Assembly: GCA_001773215.1 (NCBI GenBank)
Contig: MEWB01000001.1
Coordinates: 742,099-806,098, forward strand
DNA: 64,000 nt
From: a candidate division WWE3 bacterium RIFOXYC1_FULL_40_10
GTDB taxonomy: Bacteria; Patescibacteriota; WWE3; UBA101185; UBA10185
Reading direction: 5' to 3'
Part shown: piece after piece, positions 48,627-58,275 of the stretch
Position numbering within the stretch: the first letter of the stretch is position 1
Layout: every line of letters begins with the position of its first letter
Position numbers and translations under genes: made by a program
The notes under the pieces: model-generated
Database searches by the model: none
What the model was told of the DNA's origin: nothing
Seen by the model: the letters and a program-made list of their open reading frames with translations, nothing else

Positions 48627-49490
48627 TTATTTTATTCCATAACCCTCAAGGATTTTTCCGTATGTTGATAAAACTCTATTCGTACAATCGTTCTTATTAA
48701 AATGGATAATCCCTTTTTCAACAACTTCCGTTGTTTTTCTTCTTTTCATGTAATACAACTGCATCTTCATCGCGAGCCATTCTATAAAATCCAAAAACCT
48801 CCCTCTTATAACTCGTTTATTTCTAAAGATCAGCGGCAGGTCAATCGGGAAGTTGGCGAAGTACTTAAAAACCCAATCATTCGCCCGCATAAATTTAAAG
48901 TAATAATCCCTTTTGTTTATAATTGGCTGCATTAGCAAAATATCATGAGCAATATATAAATTTCGCTTGCTCTTCTCCCAAACCATATTGGCCTCATCTA
49001 CATATAAATTCGGACAAATTCGGCCGGCCTCAGAACCGTTTTTAGGATACTTGTTAGTTATTATTAATATCAAAGCTACAAATCCCCTCACCAGCCAGAT
49101 TCGATTTTTTTGTGTCACTATAAACAGGTCCAAATCGGAGTTTGAGGTAGCACTGTATGCTGCAACGGATCCAGTTATCCCGACGTATCTAACCCAGGGT
49201 AAACTGCCTATTAATCCAATTACTTTAGTGTTCTCTCTTATCAAGTGCCTAGAATTTTTTTGGCGGTTTCCCCACTTTACCGGCCGACAACCGCTTAAGT
49301 AATAAAGGTGATTCTTACGTTTAATTTTGTCCTCGGAAATAAGTTTTTTTATTGCTTCCGCCACTTCACTTCCTGAAAAGGCAGTGTCTGTGACTAAGAA
49401 AGTACACAGTTGATAATAAGACAAAGGGTAATCAAAAACTGTTCGATACGCTAAAGTCTTTAAAATTGCATCTTTACAGTCAAATGCCAT
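48627..49490 (-). CDS. Nucleotidyltransferase-domain protein (pol-beta superfamily)
   Basis: TGSVA...SDLDLFIV motif. Confidence 0.7.
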   Translation of the reverse strand: MAFDCKDAILKTLAYRTVFDYPLSYYQLCTFLVTDTAFSGSEVAEAIKKLISEDKIKRKNHLYYLSGCRPVKWGNRQKNSRHLIRENTKVIGLIGSLPWVRYVGITGSVAAYSATSNSDLDLFIVTQKNRIWLVRGFVALILIITNKYPKNGSEAGRICPNLYVDEANMVWEKSKRNLYIAHDILLMQPIINKRDYYFKFMRANDWVFKYFANFPIDLPLIFRNKRVIRGRFLDFIEWLAMKMQLYYMKRRKTTEVVEKGIIHFNKNDCTNRVLSTYGKILEGYGIK

Positions 49491-49890
49491 TTTTTTCGTC
49501 TAATGCTTCGTTTACTAAGGCATCAGCCTCCTTATTTTCAGTACGGGGTATGTGAACATAAGTAACCTTTTTGTAGTCCCGTTCCAGTTCCTTAGCTTTT
49601 TTCCAGAATTCTTTCATCCTATCATTCTTTACTTTGTAAACCCCCTTTAGTTGCTTTACTATTAACTCACTATCGAGATAACAAATTATTTCGCTAGCTC
49701 CTTTATCAGTTCCTGCCATCAAACCCGCAATCAAACCCATGTACTCGGCTTCATTGTTTGTTTTAGTACCAAGATATCTATTCGACGAAAAAATCGTCTC
49801 ACAATTCTCATCCTTTAACACTATCCCAAAAGCGGCCGGCCCAGGATTTCCCCTAGCCCCTCCATCAGAGAATAAAGTCATTTTTGCCAT
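49480..49890 (-). CDS. rnhA: Ribonuclease HI
   Basis: DGGARGNPG, TNNEAEY, DSELI, HIPRTENKEAD. Confidence 0.95.
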   Translation of the reverse strand: MAKMTLFSDGGARGNPGPAAFGIVLKDENCETIFSSNRYLGTKTNNEAEYMGLIAGLMAGTDKGASEIICYLDSELIVKQLKGVYKVKNDRMKEFWKKAKELERDYKKVTYVHIPRTENKEADALVNEALDEKNGI

Positions 49891-50492
49891 AAATATTCCT
49901 TTATAGAAATTAACAAACTTGAAACGATCAAACCCAGCAAACCCCCTGCTACAACGTATTGCCAGAGAAAAATAAAGCCTTGATGCACCAGAGGAGGTGA
50001 TGAAATTTTGGATATAACTATATTTGAGTCCCCATACTCATTGGATGCAGAAACCACTTCTAAAACTGATCCCACAACAGCATCCCAGGTTTTCACAGCA
50101 CCTTCGGCTGTGGGAGACTTTACTGTTACTGTAACAAGCTGTGAACCCTGTTTTTTGGCATTTACTGCCTTTCCAAACTGACTGAAAGTTCTATCATCTG
50201 TACTCATGGCAAGCTTTTGTAAAGCCATGTTTTTCACGTCCACGCTTTCAATTAACGCTAAAACGGTATTTGTATAATTCATGGAAACTTGCTGGGAGTA
50301 ATAACCTTCGTAATTAAAAGCATCCGAAGCAAACAAAGGTTGAATTTTGCGGGTTACTATTAGAGTACCTTCTGCATAATATGGTTTTGGTAAATAGAAT
50401 AGGATTAACCCCAAAGATAATCCCAGTATTAAGGACAAAACGAGAGTTTTTGGTTTTTTCATTAAAATACCAAGTAATTGTTTAAGTTCCAT
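49878..50492 (-). CDS. Wzz/YveK-like polysaccharide chain-length determinant
   Basis: MELKQLL start, TM, PYYAEGTL, C-terminal TM with GGLLG. Confidence 0.65.
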   Translation of the reverse strand: MELKQLLGILMKKPKTLVLSLILGLSLGLILFYLPKPYYAEGTLIVTRKIQPLFASDAFNYEGYYSQQVSMNYTNTVLALIESVDVKNMALQKLAMSTDDRTFSQFGKAVNAKKQGSQLVTVTVKSPTAEGAVKTWDAVVGSVLEVVSASNEYGDSNIVISKISSPPLVHQGFIFLWQYVVAGGLLGLIVSSLLISIKEYLWQK

Positions 50493-50528
50493 AGTTGGGA
50501 TTATACGTTAGTCGCCAAATTGTGCCAA

Positions 50529-50564
50529 GAAAAACCGCCAGGAGCAAAAAACTCGTTGGCGGTT
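50529..50564 (-). terminator. Intrinsic terminator after the orphan at 50572-50841
   Basis: AACCGCCA/TGGCGGTT stem with an A run on the + strand. Confidence 0.6.
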
Positions 50565-50571
50565 GCATTGG

Positions 50572-50841
50572 CTAGGCACTGACGTAAAGAGCATCCTCGT
50601 ACATACAGTCCTCGTCATCGTCATCGTAGTCATCTTCCACTTCATATCCCATACTTTCAAATAAAGTTACTAGGTCGGCCTCAACTTCAAACCTTTTTGC
50701 TTGATCCAGGGCTTCTGTCCAAACTCCATTCCCTGCGAAATATTTGTGATCACTATACCTTTGAACAACAAAAGCATAGTAGAGAATATCATCGGGATCC
50801 GGCCCAACTTGAATCGGAATTATACAGATATAATTGGCCAT
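50572..50841 (-). CDS. Acidic orphan protein
   Basis: AAAAGGAG RBS; acidic tail EDDYDDDDED. Confidence 0.7.
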   Translation of the reverse strand: MANYICIIPIQVGPDPDDILYYAFVVQRYSDHKYFAGNGVWTEALDQAKRFEVEADLVTLFESMGYEVEDDYDDDDEDCMYEDALYVSA

Positions 50842-50905
50842 TGCTGTCTCCTTTTAGAAAATCGGTTCGTTATAGTATACAACATTTATCACTTCACAAA
50901 ACCCA

Positions 50906-50941
50906 TTGACACTGTTATCACTCGTGCTATATTAGTGACAG
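50906..50941 (+). promoter_or_regulatory. hrcA promoter with degenerate CIRCE-like element
   Basis: TTGACA-16-TATATT; TTATCACTC-N9-TAGTGACAG. Confidence 0.55.
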
Positions 50942-51664
50942 ATGTTAACTGAAAGACAAATAAAACTCATAGAGGCAATTATCAACGAATATATTAATAC
51001 TTCCGAGCCTGTTGGGTCGGTGGAACTGGTTGATAGATACAATCTCAAGTTCTCTGCCGCAACAGTACGAAACGAAATGGCACGGCTCATAGAAATGGGC
51101 TTTTTACAAATGCTACACGCTTCCTCGGGGAGAGTTCCTACAAAATCAGCTTATCGATTTTATTTAACCGACTTAATGGACGAAGAAGAAATTCCGGTGT
51201 TACAAGAAGTAGCTATGAAGCAGCGCCTTTGGCCATCAAGATACCAATTCGAAAGATTACTTAAGGATGCTGCTATTGCTTTATCGGAAATGACTAACTA
51301 TTTGGTAATCGCCTCTACCAGCGACGGATATATTACAAATGCAGGTGCTTCAAACGTGTTGGAAAATCGCGAATTTTGGGACATAGACGCTGCTAAAGCC
51401 GCATTACAGCTTTTGGATGACAGAGAGCTATTTGAAAACATCTTAAGCTCAGTGCCACAAACAACCGAAGTTAAATGCTTAATAGAGGATGAAATTGGAA
51501 TAGAAAAACTGGCAAACTGTGCGATAGTGTACGCCGATTATAAAACACCAAATAAGAGCGGAAATATAGCTGTGCTTGGACCTTCAAGGATGCGATATCA
51601 TCAAGTTGTACCAGATGTGAGATATACAAAATCTGTGATTGAAGAACTAGGCGGGGCATGGTAA
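50942..51664 (+). CDS. hrcA: Heat-inducible transcription repressor (short form)
   Basis: LTERQ, EPVGS, SAATVRNEM, HASSGRVPT, VLGPSRMRY. Confidence 0.95.
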   Translation: MLTERQIKLIEAIINEYINTSEPVGSVELVDRYNLKFSAATVRNEMARLIEMGFLQMLHASSGRVPTKSAYRFYLTDLMDEEEIPVLQEVAMKQRLWPSRYQFERLLKDAAIALSEMTNYLVIASTSDGYITNAGASNVLENREFWDIDAAKAALQLLDDRELFENILSSVPQTTEVKCLIEDEIGIEKLANCAIVYADYKTPNKSGNIAVLGPSRMRYHQVVPDVRYTKSVIEELGGAW

Positions 51665-51681
51665 CAATTTCTAATTAACTT

Positions 51682-52143
51682 ATGGACGATAGTAGCCAAC
51701 CAAAAGCGGATAATAATATAGAGAATCAACTTAGAGAGGTTGAAACTAAGTTAGTCGAGATGGAAAATAACTGGAAGAGAGCATTGGCAGACTATAAAAA
51801 TTTAGAAAAAAGAGTAATTGAAGAAAAAGAATATATTTTAAAAACTGCGGGAGTAGCAATCATTGCTCAGCTTTTACCTGTGATGGACAATTTGGAAATG
51901 GTCTCGAAACATTGTGATGATACAGGGTTGAAAATAACTGTTAAAGACTTTAAGGGTATTTTTGGGGAACTTGGAGTTGAAGAGATAAATCCAATTGAAC
52001 AACACTTTTCTTCTGACACAATGGACGCTATCGAAACTGTGGAAGGTGAAAAGGACAAGGTTATCGAGGTATTAAGAAAAGGTTACAAAATTAATGGTAA
52101 TTTAATTAGACCTGCCGGAGTAAAGGTAGGCAAAGGAAAATAA
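51682..52143 (+). CDS. grpE: Nucleotide exchange factor GrpE
   Basis: [32 protein letters not shown]. Confidence 0.95.
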   Translation: MDDSSQPKADNNIENQLREVETKLVEMENNWKRALADYKNLEKRVIEEKEYILKTAGVAIIAQLLPVMDNLEMVSKHCDDTGLKITVKDFKGIFGELGVEEINPIEQHFSSDTMDAIETVEGEKDKVIEVLRKGYKINGNLIRPAGVKVGKGK

Positions 52144-52145
52144 AT

Positions 52146-54035
52146 ATGGCGAAAATATTAGGAATAGATTTAGGAACTACTAACTCGTGCATGGCCGTTA
52201 TGGAAAGCGGTCAGCCGAAAGTAATTCCAAATGCGGAGGGTGGCAACACAACTCCATCAATAGTAGTTGCCGACCAAAACATAGTTGGTGTGCCTGCAAA
52301 ACGCCAGCAAATAGTAAACCCAAAAAATACTGTTTACAGTATAAAAAGATTGATGGGCATGAAATACTCGGATCCCGAGGTTCAGGAAATGAAAAAAAAT
52401 TACCCCTACGCTATCGTCGAAGGTCCAAATGGATTAGCCTGCGTAGAGGTCGAAGGAAAAACTTACACACCTCAAGAAGTTTCTGCCAAAATTTTGGCTA
52501 AAATGAAAGCAGATGCTGAAAAGTTTTTGGGACAAACGATTACCCAAGCGGTTATTACAGTTCCGGCATACTTTAACGACGCCCAAAGAAACGCTACCAA
52601 AGAGGCAGGGCAGATCGCGGGATTTACAGTTGAGAGAATTATTAACGAGCCTACCGCGGCATCACTTGCCTACGGTCTCGACAAGAAAACCAATCAAAAA
52701 ATAGTGGTCTACGACTTGGGAGGCGGAACATTTGATGTTTCCGTTTTAGAAGTTGGGGACGGAGTATTTGAAGTTAAATCAACAAGTGGTGATACACACT
52801 TGGGTGGCGATGACTTTGACAAAAAAGTAATGGACTGGCTTTTGGAGGAATTTAAAAAAGAATCAGGAATAGATTTGGTAGGTGACAGACAGGCTTTACA
52901 AAGATTAAAAGATGCCGCCGAAAAAGCCAAGATTGAATTGTCGTCAACAATGGAAACCGAAATCAGTATTCCGTTTATCACGGCTGATCAAACGGGACCT
53001 AAGCATTTATCTTTGAAATTAACCAGATCGAAACTGGAGCAGCTTGTCGATGACTTACTTCAAAGAACTATAAAACCTATGGAAAATGCGTTAAAAGACG
53101 CCGGTTTAGACAAAAGCGCAATAGATGAAGTGGTAATGGTAGGCGGCATGACCAGGATGCCTAAGGTAAACGAAATTGTTAAAAACTTCTACGGCAAAGA
53201 ACCTCATAAAGGTGTAAATCCCGACGAAGTTGTAGCAGTAGGAGCCGCTATCCAAGGTGGAGTCCTAGGAGGAGATGTTAAAGATGTGTTGCTTTTGGAC
53301 GTAACTCCACTAACATTGGGCATCGAAACCCTCGGGGGAGTCTCTACTCCATTGATTAAGCGAAATACCACAATTCCTACATCTGCGTCACAGGTGTTTT
53401 CAACAGCGGCCGATAACCAGACAAGCGTAGAAATAAATGTATTACAAGGAGAACGCGAAATGGCGGCTGATAATAAATCGTTGGGCAGGTTTATGCTCGA
53501 CGGAATTCCCCCTGCTCCAAGAGGCATGCCTCAGGTAGAAGTTACCTTTGACATAGACGCAAACGGAATAATAAACGTTTCAGCAAAGGACAAAGCTACA
53601 AATAAGGTTCAAAAAATAACTATTCAAGGTGGCACAGGGCTTGGAAAAGATGAAATAGAAAAAATGGTTAAAGATGCCGAGGCTCACGCCAGCGAAGATA
53701 AAAAGCGTAAAGAACAGGTTGACGCAAGGAATGTTGCCGATACTTTGTGCTACACAGCTGAGAAGGCATTGAAAGATGCCGGAGATAAAGTTCCTGCTGA
53801 TGTAAAAAGCTCTATTGAATCTAAGGTAAAAGATATAAGGGATGTGTTACAAACTGCGGATGTGGAAACATTGAAGTCTAAAACGGAAGCTTTAAGCTCG
53901 GAAATCCAGAAAATTGGGGAAGCAATGTATAAGCAGGGGCAGGAGCAGAATCCAAATCCAAACCCAGGAGAAGGCCCAAAGGCAGAAGATGATAACAAAA
54001 AGGACGAGCCTGTTGAGGGTGAGGTCGTGGAATAA
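52146..54035 (+). CDS. dnaK: Chaperone DnaK
   Basis: [32 protein letters not shown]. Confidence 0.99.
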   Translation: MAKILGIDLGTTNSCMAVMESGQPKVIPNAEGGNTTPSIVVADQNIVGVPAKRQQIVNPKNTVYSIKRLMGMKYSDPEVQEMKKNYPYAIVEGPNGLACVEVEGKTYTPQEVSAKILAKMKADAEKFLGQTITQAVITVPAYFNDAQRNATKEAGQIAGFTVERIINEPTAASLAYGLDKKTNQKIVVYDLGGGTFDVSVLEVGDGVFEVKSTSGDTHLGGDDFDKKVMDWLLEEFKKESGIDLVGDRQALQRLKDAAEKAKIELSSTMETEISIPFITADQTGPKHLSLKLTRSKLEQLVDDLLQRTIKPMENALKDAGLDKSAIDEVVMVGGMTRMPKVNEIVKNFYGKEPHKGVNPDEVVAVGAAIQGGVLGGDVKDVLLLDVTPLTLGIETLGGVSTPLIKRNTTIPTSASQVFSTAADNQTSVEINVLQGEREMAADNKSLGRFMLDGIPPAPRGMPQVEVTFDIDANGIINVSAKDKATNKVQKITIQGGTGLGKDEIEKMVKDAEAHASEDKKRKEQVDARNVADTLCYTAEKALKDAGDKVPADVKSSIESKVKDIRDVLQTADVETLKSKTEALSSEIQKIGEAMYKQGQEQNPNPNPGEGPKAEDDNKKDEPVEGEVVE

Positions 54036-54040
54036 CACTA

Positions 54041-54076
54041 CTATAGGTTGACAAATCCTTTGTTTTTTGCTATAAT
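54041..54076 (+). promoter_or_regulatory. Consensus sigma70 promoter with CTATAGG prefix
   Basis: CTATAGG-TTGACA-17 nt-TATAAT. Confidence 0.75.
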
Positions 54077-54147
54077 ACCGGCATATATGGCTCCAGCTAT
54101 CCAATGCATTGCAAAGGAAGAAAATTCACGGAGCAAAAGGAGTGTTT

Positions 54148-54654
54148 GTGAAAAACGAAGGGTTTTTGAAAAATGGTAAGGTTCCAAAGGAAGTAAAGAC
54201 CCTGCTCAAAGAGGCCTATTCCACGGGTGGCTTTCTCACCCTGATAGAGAAAACAATAGAAATGCTTGGCAGATATAGTATGCCATGCTGGCGTCTTATG
54301 AATCAGTCCATCAAGACACTGCCAGTCCCAGATATGGAAACCATCAACAAATTCCTTGCCCTTGAGCTCCCTCCATCTATCAAAGAGGTAGCACGGGACT
54401 TCTGGCCAAGATACGAAGAAAAGGTATTTTGGAGCGGGCTAATCGAGGATCAGGAATATGCATCTATCGAAGAAGCCCGGGTTGCAGAACCGGAAACACC
54501 TTGGTTTCACAAGACCACGCTGTGGTTTGTGAGAGAAGGCCCCTGGCTAAACGTCTCTTGCAAGGGGATTTGTGTGGACACCAATTGCCGGTGCAATGGT
54601 TCAACCTGGTATTATGATGATTCGCATAGATACCGGGAAGAATACGATCTTTAA
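54148..54654 (+). CDS. Hypothetical orphan protein with Cys cluster
   Basis: AAAAGGAG then GTG; C-terminal CKGICVDTNCRC. Confidence 0.7.
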   Translation: MKNEGFLKNGKVPKEVKTLLKEAYSTGGFLTLIEKTIEMLGRYSMPCWRLMNQSIKTLPVPDMETINKFLALELPPSIKEVARDFWPRYEEKVFWSGLIEDQEYASIEEARVAEPETPWFHKTTLWFVREGPWLNVSCKGICVDTNCRCNGSTWYYDDSHRYREEYDL

Positions 54655-54770
54655 TTTCAAATAAGAAGAGCAGAAATCTACTATTTGTAGATACCGTAAG
54701 CAAAGACCTAGCTTACAGGTACCCCGCCTGCCGCCTTATTCAAAGGTAAATAGGGGATGATGCAATTATT

Positions 54771-54804
54771 AAACCCGCAGAACTTATTATCTGCGGGTTT
54801 TTTT
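54771..54804 (+). terminator. Intrinsic terminator
   Basis: AAACCCGCAGA/TCTGCGGGTTT stem followed by a T tract. Confidence 0.8.
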
Positions 54805-54854
54805 TATTCCCCACGCTTGCCCCCATAACCCAAAAGAGATAATATTTAACCATT

Positions 54855-55115
54855 ATGGATATATTACAAATTGCCCTCATAGTAGTATTGATTCTTTTAG
54901 CAGTTAACTTAGTAATAGTTGCAATATACGTTACCCTGACGATGCGAGAATTTAGAGCGGCTATTAAAAAAGCCAGTAACGTACTTGATAATGTGGAAAC
55001 CGTGTCGGAACCCCTTTCTGCGGTTGCCGGAATAATTGCCGGTGTATCTCAAAGTGTTAAAACAATTAAAGAAATTGGTAATTTAATTGATTCTAAAAAG
55101 AGAAAGGAGGAATAA
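54855..55115 (+). CDS. DUF948/YoxC-like small membrane protein
   Basis: TM plus amphipathic helix; directly upstream of the YtxH-like gene. Confidence 0.6.
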   Translation: MDILQIALIVVLILLAVNLVIVAIYVTLTMREFRAAIKKASNVLDNVETVSEPLSAVAGIIAGVSQSVKTIKEIGNLIDSKKRKEE

Positions 55116-55118
55116 AAC

Positions 55119-55445
55119 ATGACGGAAAATATTGAGAAGAAAAAAAGCGGATTTGTTGGAGGAGCTTTTTTGGGAGCCTTATTTGGATCGATACTTGGAA
55201 TTCTGTTCGCACCCGCTTCAGGTAAGGAAACACGCGGTAAGATTAAGGAAGGAGCTAAGGATGTAGCTGAAAAAGGAAAAGACGTTTACGAAGCAGCTAA
55301 AGATAAGATAGAACCTATTGTTAAAGAAGCTTCAGAAAAAGCTAAAGCTGCAGCCGAGGCCGGAAAAGACTTCGTTACAGATGCAAAAGAGGAAATCGAA
55401 GAAAAAATCGAAGAAGTGAAAGAAAAGCTTTCCTCTAGGGAATAA
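55119..55445 (+). CDS. YtxH-domain protein
   Basis: GAFLGALFG...LFAPASGKETR. Confidence 0.9.
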   Translation: MTENIEKKKSGFVGGAFLGALFGSILGILFAPASGKETRGKIKEGAKDVAEKGKDVYEAAKDKIEPIVKEASEKAKAAAEAGKDFVTDAKEEIEEKIEEVKEKLSSRE

Positions 55446-55453
55446 CTACAAAT

Positions 55454-55858
55454 ATGGATCAAAACCTGCCTATTAATCCTGACATAAGTAATCCGGTGTT
55501 GCCTTTGGGCCACCGGGTTATCCAGCCTGCTAAGGTTGAAGCCGCCGGATATATGCCTGTTAGTGTAGAGAGCGTAAGTTCTATATCGGCAGAACAAAAC
55601 AGTGAAGCGCAAAGAACTCCCGAGGCATTCACCCTACCTAATCAAGCACTGGCTCCATCAGTTGACCAACCGGCACCTATACCTCCCCAGCAAACACAGC
55701 AGCAGCCTGCCGTTTCGAACGTAGTAAATACTACTGATCAAGTTTTGCCTGAGCATAAGCTAATAACAAGCGATACCCTAACAACCCTAGCAGACCAAGA
55801 GGAACAAGAGTTTATTGATAAAGTAGAGGAGGCTCATGGAGTTGGAAGCCACAATTAA
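55454..55858 (+). CDS. Pro/Gln-rich hypothetical protein
   Basis: Low-complexity ORF in operon-like spacing. Confidence 0.65.
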   Translation: MDQNLPINPDISNPVLPLGHRVIQPAKVEAAGYMPVSVESVSSISAEQNSEAQRTPEAFTLPNQALAPSVDQPAPIPPQQTQQQPAVSNVVNTTDQVLPEHKLITSDTLTTLADQEEQEFIDKVEEAHGVGSHN

Positions 55859-58238
55859 TTCCTGGATAAGCTACTTTTTTATGGCATTAATTGCCGGGAT
55901 AGTATTTTTTTCGATCATACTGTTTTTTGCCTGGAGAAAAAAGAAGAAAAACGAAACCGCATACCAATACAACCTTACCTTTTTGCACATTAAAGTACCC
56001 AGTACAAACGAGTATGAAATAAAAATAGCCGAAACCTTTTTTTCCAATTTGATCGGTTTGAAAAAAAGTTTTTGGCAGTCGTTATTTTCTGATCAATACA
56101 GAATTTCCTTTGAAATAGTATCCAAAAGTGACGGTATCGGATTTTACGTGGTAGTACCCGATGAAATTGCCGCTCTTGTAGAAAAACAAATCAACGCAGC
56201 TTACCCTGAGGCCGAGATAGATATCGTTAATCCCCAGGAAATTTGGGACCGGGGCGAATATACAAAAGTAGCGGAATTAAAGCTGAAAGGAGCAAATTAT
56301 TATCCAATAAAAGATCATGAAGACATCAAAAATGATCCCCTAAAGGGTATTACTTCGGCAATGAGTAAGATGGGGAATGACGAAGTGTTAGCCCTGCAAT
56401 ATATAATCGCCCCAGCCAGTGACGCGTGGAGACTAGCCGGACGCAGTTTTGTTACCAGGATTAAAAACTCAGCGGCCAACCCTGAAAAAAAGACTAACGT
56501 TGACACGTCCTTTTTAGAAAAAATTGAAAAAAAGATCGCAAATCCCGGATTTTATACAAAAATAAGGATAGTATCCATCGCCAAGGATCCGTTTGCAGCG
56601 GAAACCTTGATTCAAAACGCTATTAATTCATTCGAGCAGTTTTCCGATGTTAACTACAATAAATTCGTTAGGAGAACCCCTTTTTCGAATAAAAGATGGA
56701 TTAACAATTTCGTGTATAGAAAAATGGATCCGATAGAAATTGCCATCCCTGTGGTTGGCACAATTTTGTTCACAAATGTATCAGTTCTAAACACTGTAGA
56801 GCTTGCCACAATATTCCACATGCCTAATAAAGACACCGGCACACCCAAAATTTTGTGGCTGACTGCCAGAAAAGCCTCTGCCCCGGCAAATGTTCCCTCG
56901 GAAGGATTGTATCTTGGCAAAAATATATTTAGAGGCGTGGAAAAACCTATTTTCATGAATGAAAAGGACCGTTCGCGGCATTTTTACATAATTGGACAAA
57001 CCGGTACCGGTAAATCCGTGCTAATGAAGTGGTTGGCACTGCAGGATATAAAAAATGGGGAGGGTTTGGCGATAATCGATCCCCATGGTACAGACATTTC
57101 AGACCTGTTACCTCAAATACCACGCGAAAGAATTGATGACGTTATCTATTTCGACGCATCCGACACAGAACGCCCTCTGGGAATTAACTTACTGGAAGCT
57201 CATTCCGAAGAAGAGAAGCACATGGTCATTAATTCATTTATTGCTTTATTGTACAAACTGTATGATCCCAACCACCAAGGCATTATGGGACCACAGTTAG
57301 AGCGTTCAATTCGTAACTGCATGCTCACTGCAATGGCAGACCCTACAAGTACAATGATCGACGTGATGCGCTTGCTAATTGACGGCAATTATTACAAAAA
57401 ATTCTTGCCGATGCTTAACGATCCTTTGGTTACAAGATATTGGACGGATGAAATGGCCAATACCAGCGACTATCACAAAAGTGAAAAAATGGGCTACATG
57501 GTATCTAAGTTTGATCGCTTTGTAACCGACAGAACCATGAGAAATATAATAGGTCAACCAACCTCAGCCTTTAATTTTCCTGATATTATGGCTCAAAAGA
57601 AAATCCTTCTTATCGATCTTGCTAAAGGTAAGCTTGGAGAAGAAAATTCCACGTTCTTAGGCCTTCTGCTTGTACCACGCATTTTGGCAGCTGCCCTGCA
57701 ACGCCACAAATTAATAGGAACGGATTTTCCTAATTTCTATTTATACGTAGACGAATTCCAAAACTTTGCTACTCCCGACTTTGCGACAATTCTATCCGAG
57801 GCCAGAAAATATAAATTGAATCTTATTGTGGGACACCAGTTTATAGATCAATTAGAAGACGATATTAAAGAGGCAATATTTGGAAACGTGGGGACGATGG
57901 CAACTTTTAGAGTTGGCTCTGATGACGCGGAATTCCTAAAAACTCAGTTTGAGCCAACCTTTACCGACAGAGACTTAATAAATCTCCCGATATTTAACAG
58001 CTACATGAAACTGCTCATTGACGGCCACCCTTCTCCACCATTCTCATTAGTTGTAGATACTGAAAAAACATTTAGCCAACCAAGTGATCCCGATGTAGAA
58101 AAAACCATAATCCAAAATTCCCGAATGAAATACGGCAAAAGCGCGGAGGAAGTTGAAAAGTTCATTACCAAAGCCGCGGGAATAGAGGAACCGAAAGTAG
58201 AGGAGTTCCCTGCTTTACGACCGAAGCTGCCATTCTAA
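55836..58238 (+). CDS. VirB4/VirD4(TraG)/HerA-like P-loop ATPase with N-terminal TM
   Basis: RHFYIIGQTGTGKS, IDPHG, LYVDEFQNF, LSEARKY, HQFIDQL. Confidence 0.88.
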   Translation: MELEATINSWISYFFMALIAGIVFFSIILFFAWRKKKKNETAYQYNLTFLHIKVPSTNEYEIKIAETFFSNLIGLKKSFWQSLFSDQYRISFEIVSKSDGIGFYVVVPDEIAALVEKQINAAYPEAEIDIVNPQEIWDRGEYTKVAELKLKGANYYPIKDHEDIKNDPLKGITSAMSKMGNDEVLALQYIIAPASDAWRLAGRSFVTRIKNSAANPEKKTNVDTSFLEKIEKKIANPGFYTKIRIVSIAKDPFAAETLIQNAINSFEQFSDVNYNKFVRRTPFSNKRWINNFVYRKMDPIEIAIPVVGTILFTNVSVLNTVELATIFHMPNKDTGTPKILWLTARKASAPANVPSEGLYLGKNIFRGVEKPIFMNEKDRSRHFYIIGQTGTGKSVLMKWLALQDIKNGEGLAIIDPHGTDISDLLPQIPRERIDDVIYFDASDTERPLGINLLEAHSEEEKHMVINSFIALLYKLYDPNHQGIMGPQLERSIRNCMLTAMADPTSTMIDVMRLLIDGNYYKKFLPMLNDPLVTRYWTDEMANTSDYHKSEKMGYMVSKFDRFVTDRTMRNIIGQPTSAFNFPDIMAQKKILLIDLAKGKLGEENSTFLGLLLVPRILAAALQRHKLIGTDFPNFYLYVDEFQNFATPDFATILSEARKYKLNLIVGHQFIDQLEDDIKEAIFGNVGTMATFRVGSDDAEFLKTQFEPTFTDRDLINLPIFNSYMKLLIDGHPSPPFSLVVDTEKTFSQPSDPDVEKTIIQNSRMKYGKSAEEVEKFITKAAGIEEPKVEEFPALRPKLPF

Positions 58239-58275
58239 CGACGAATGTATCTTTTGTTGTATAATCTCATTATTA

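Noticed and set aside
55836-58238. Conjugative element suggested by the VirB4/TraG-like ATPase
   Set aside because: No relaxase, VirB6/VirB8 cluster, integrase or att repeats seen in the window.
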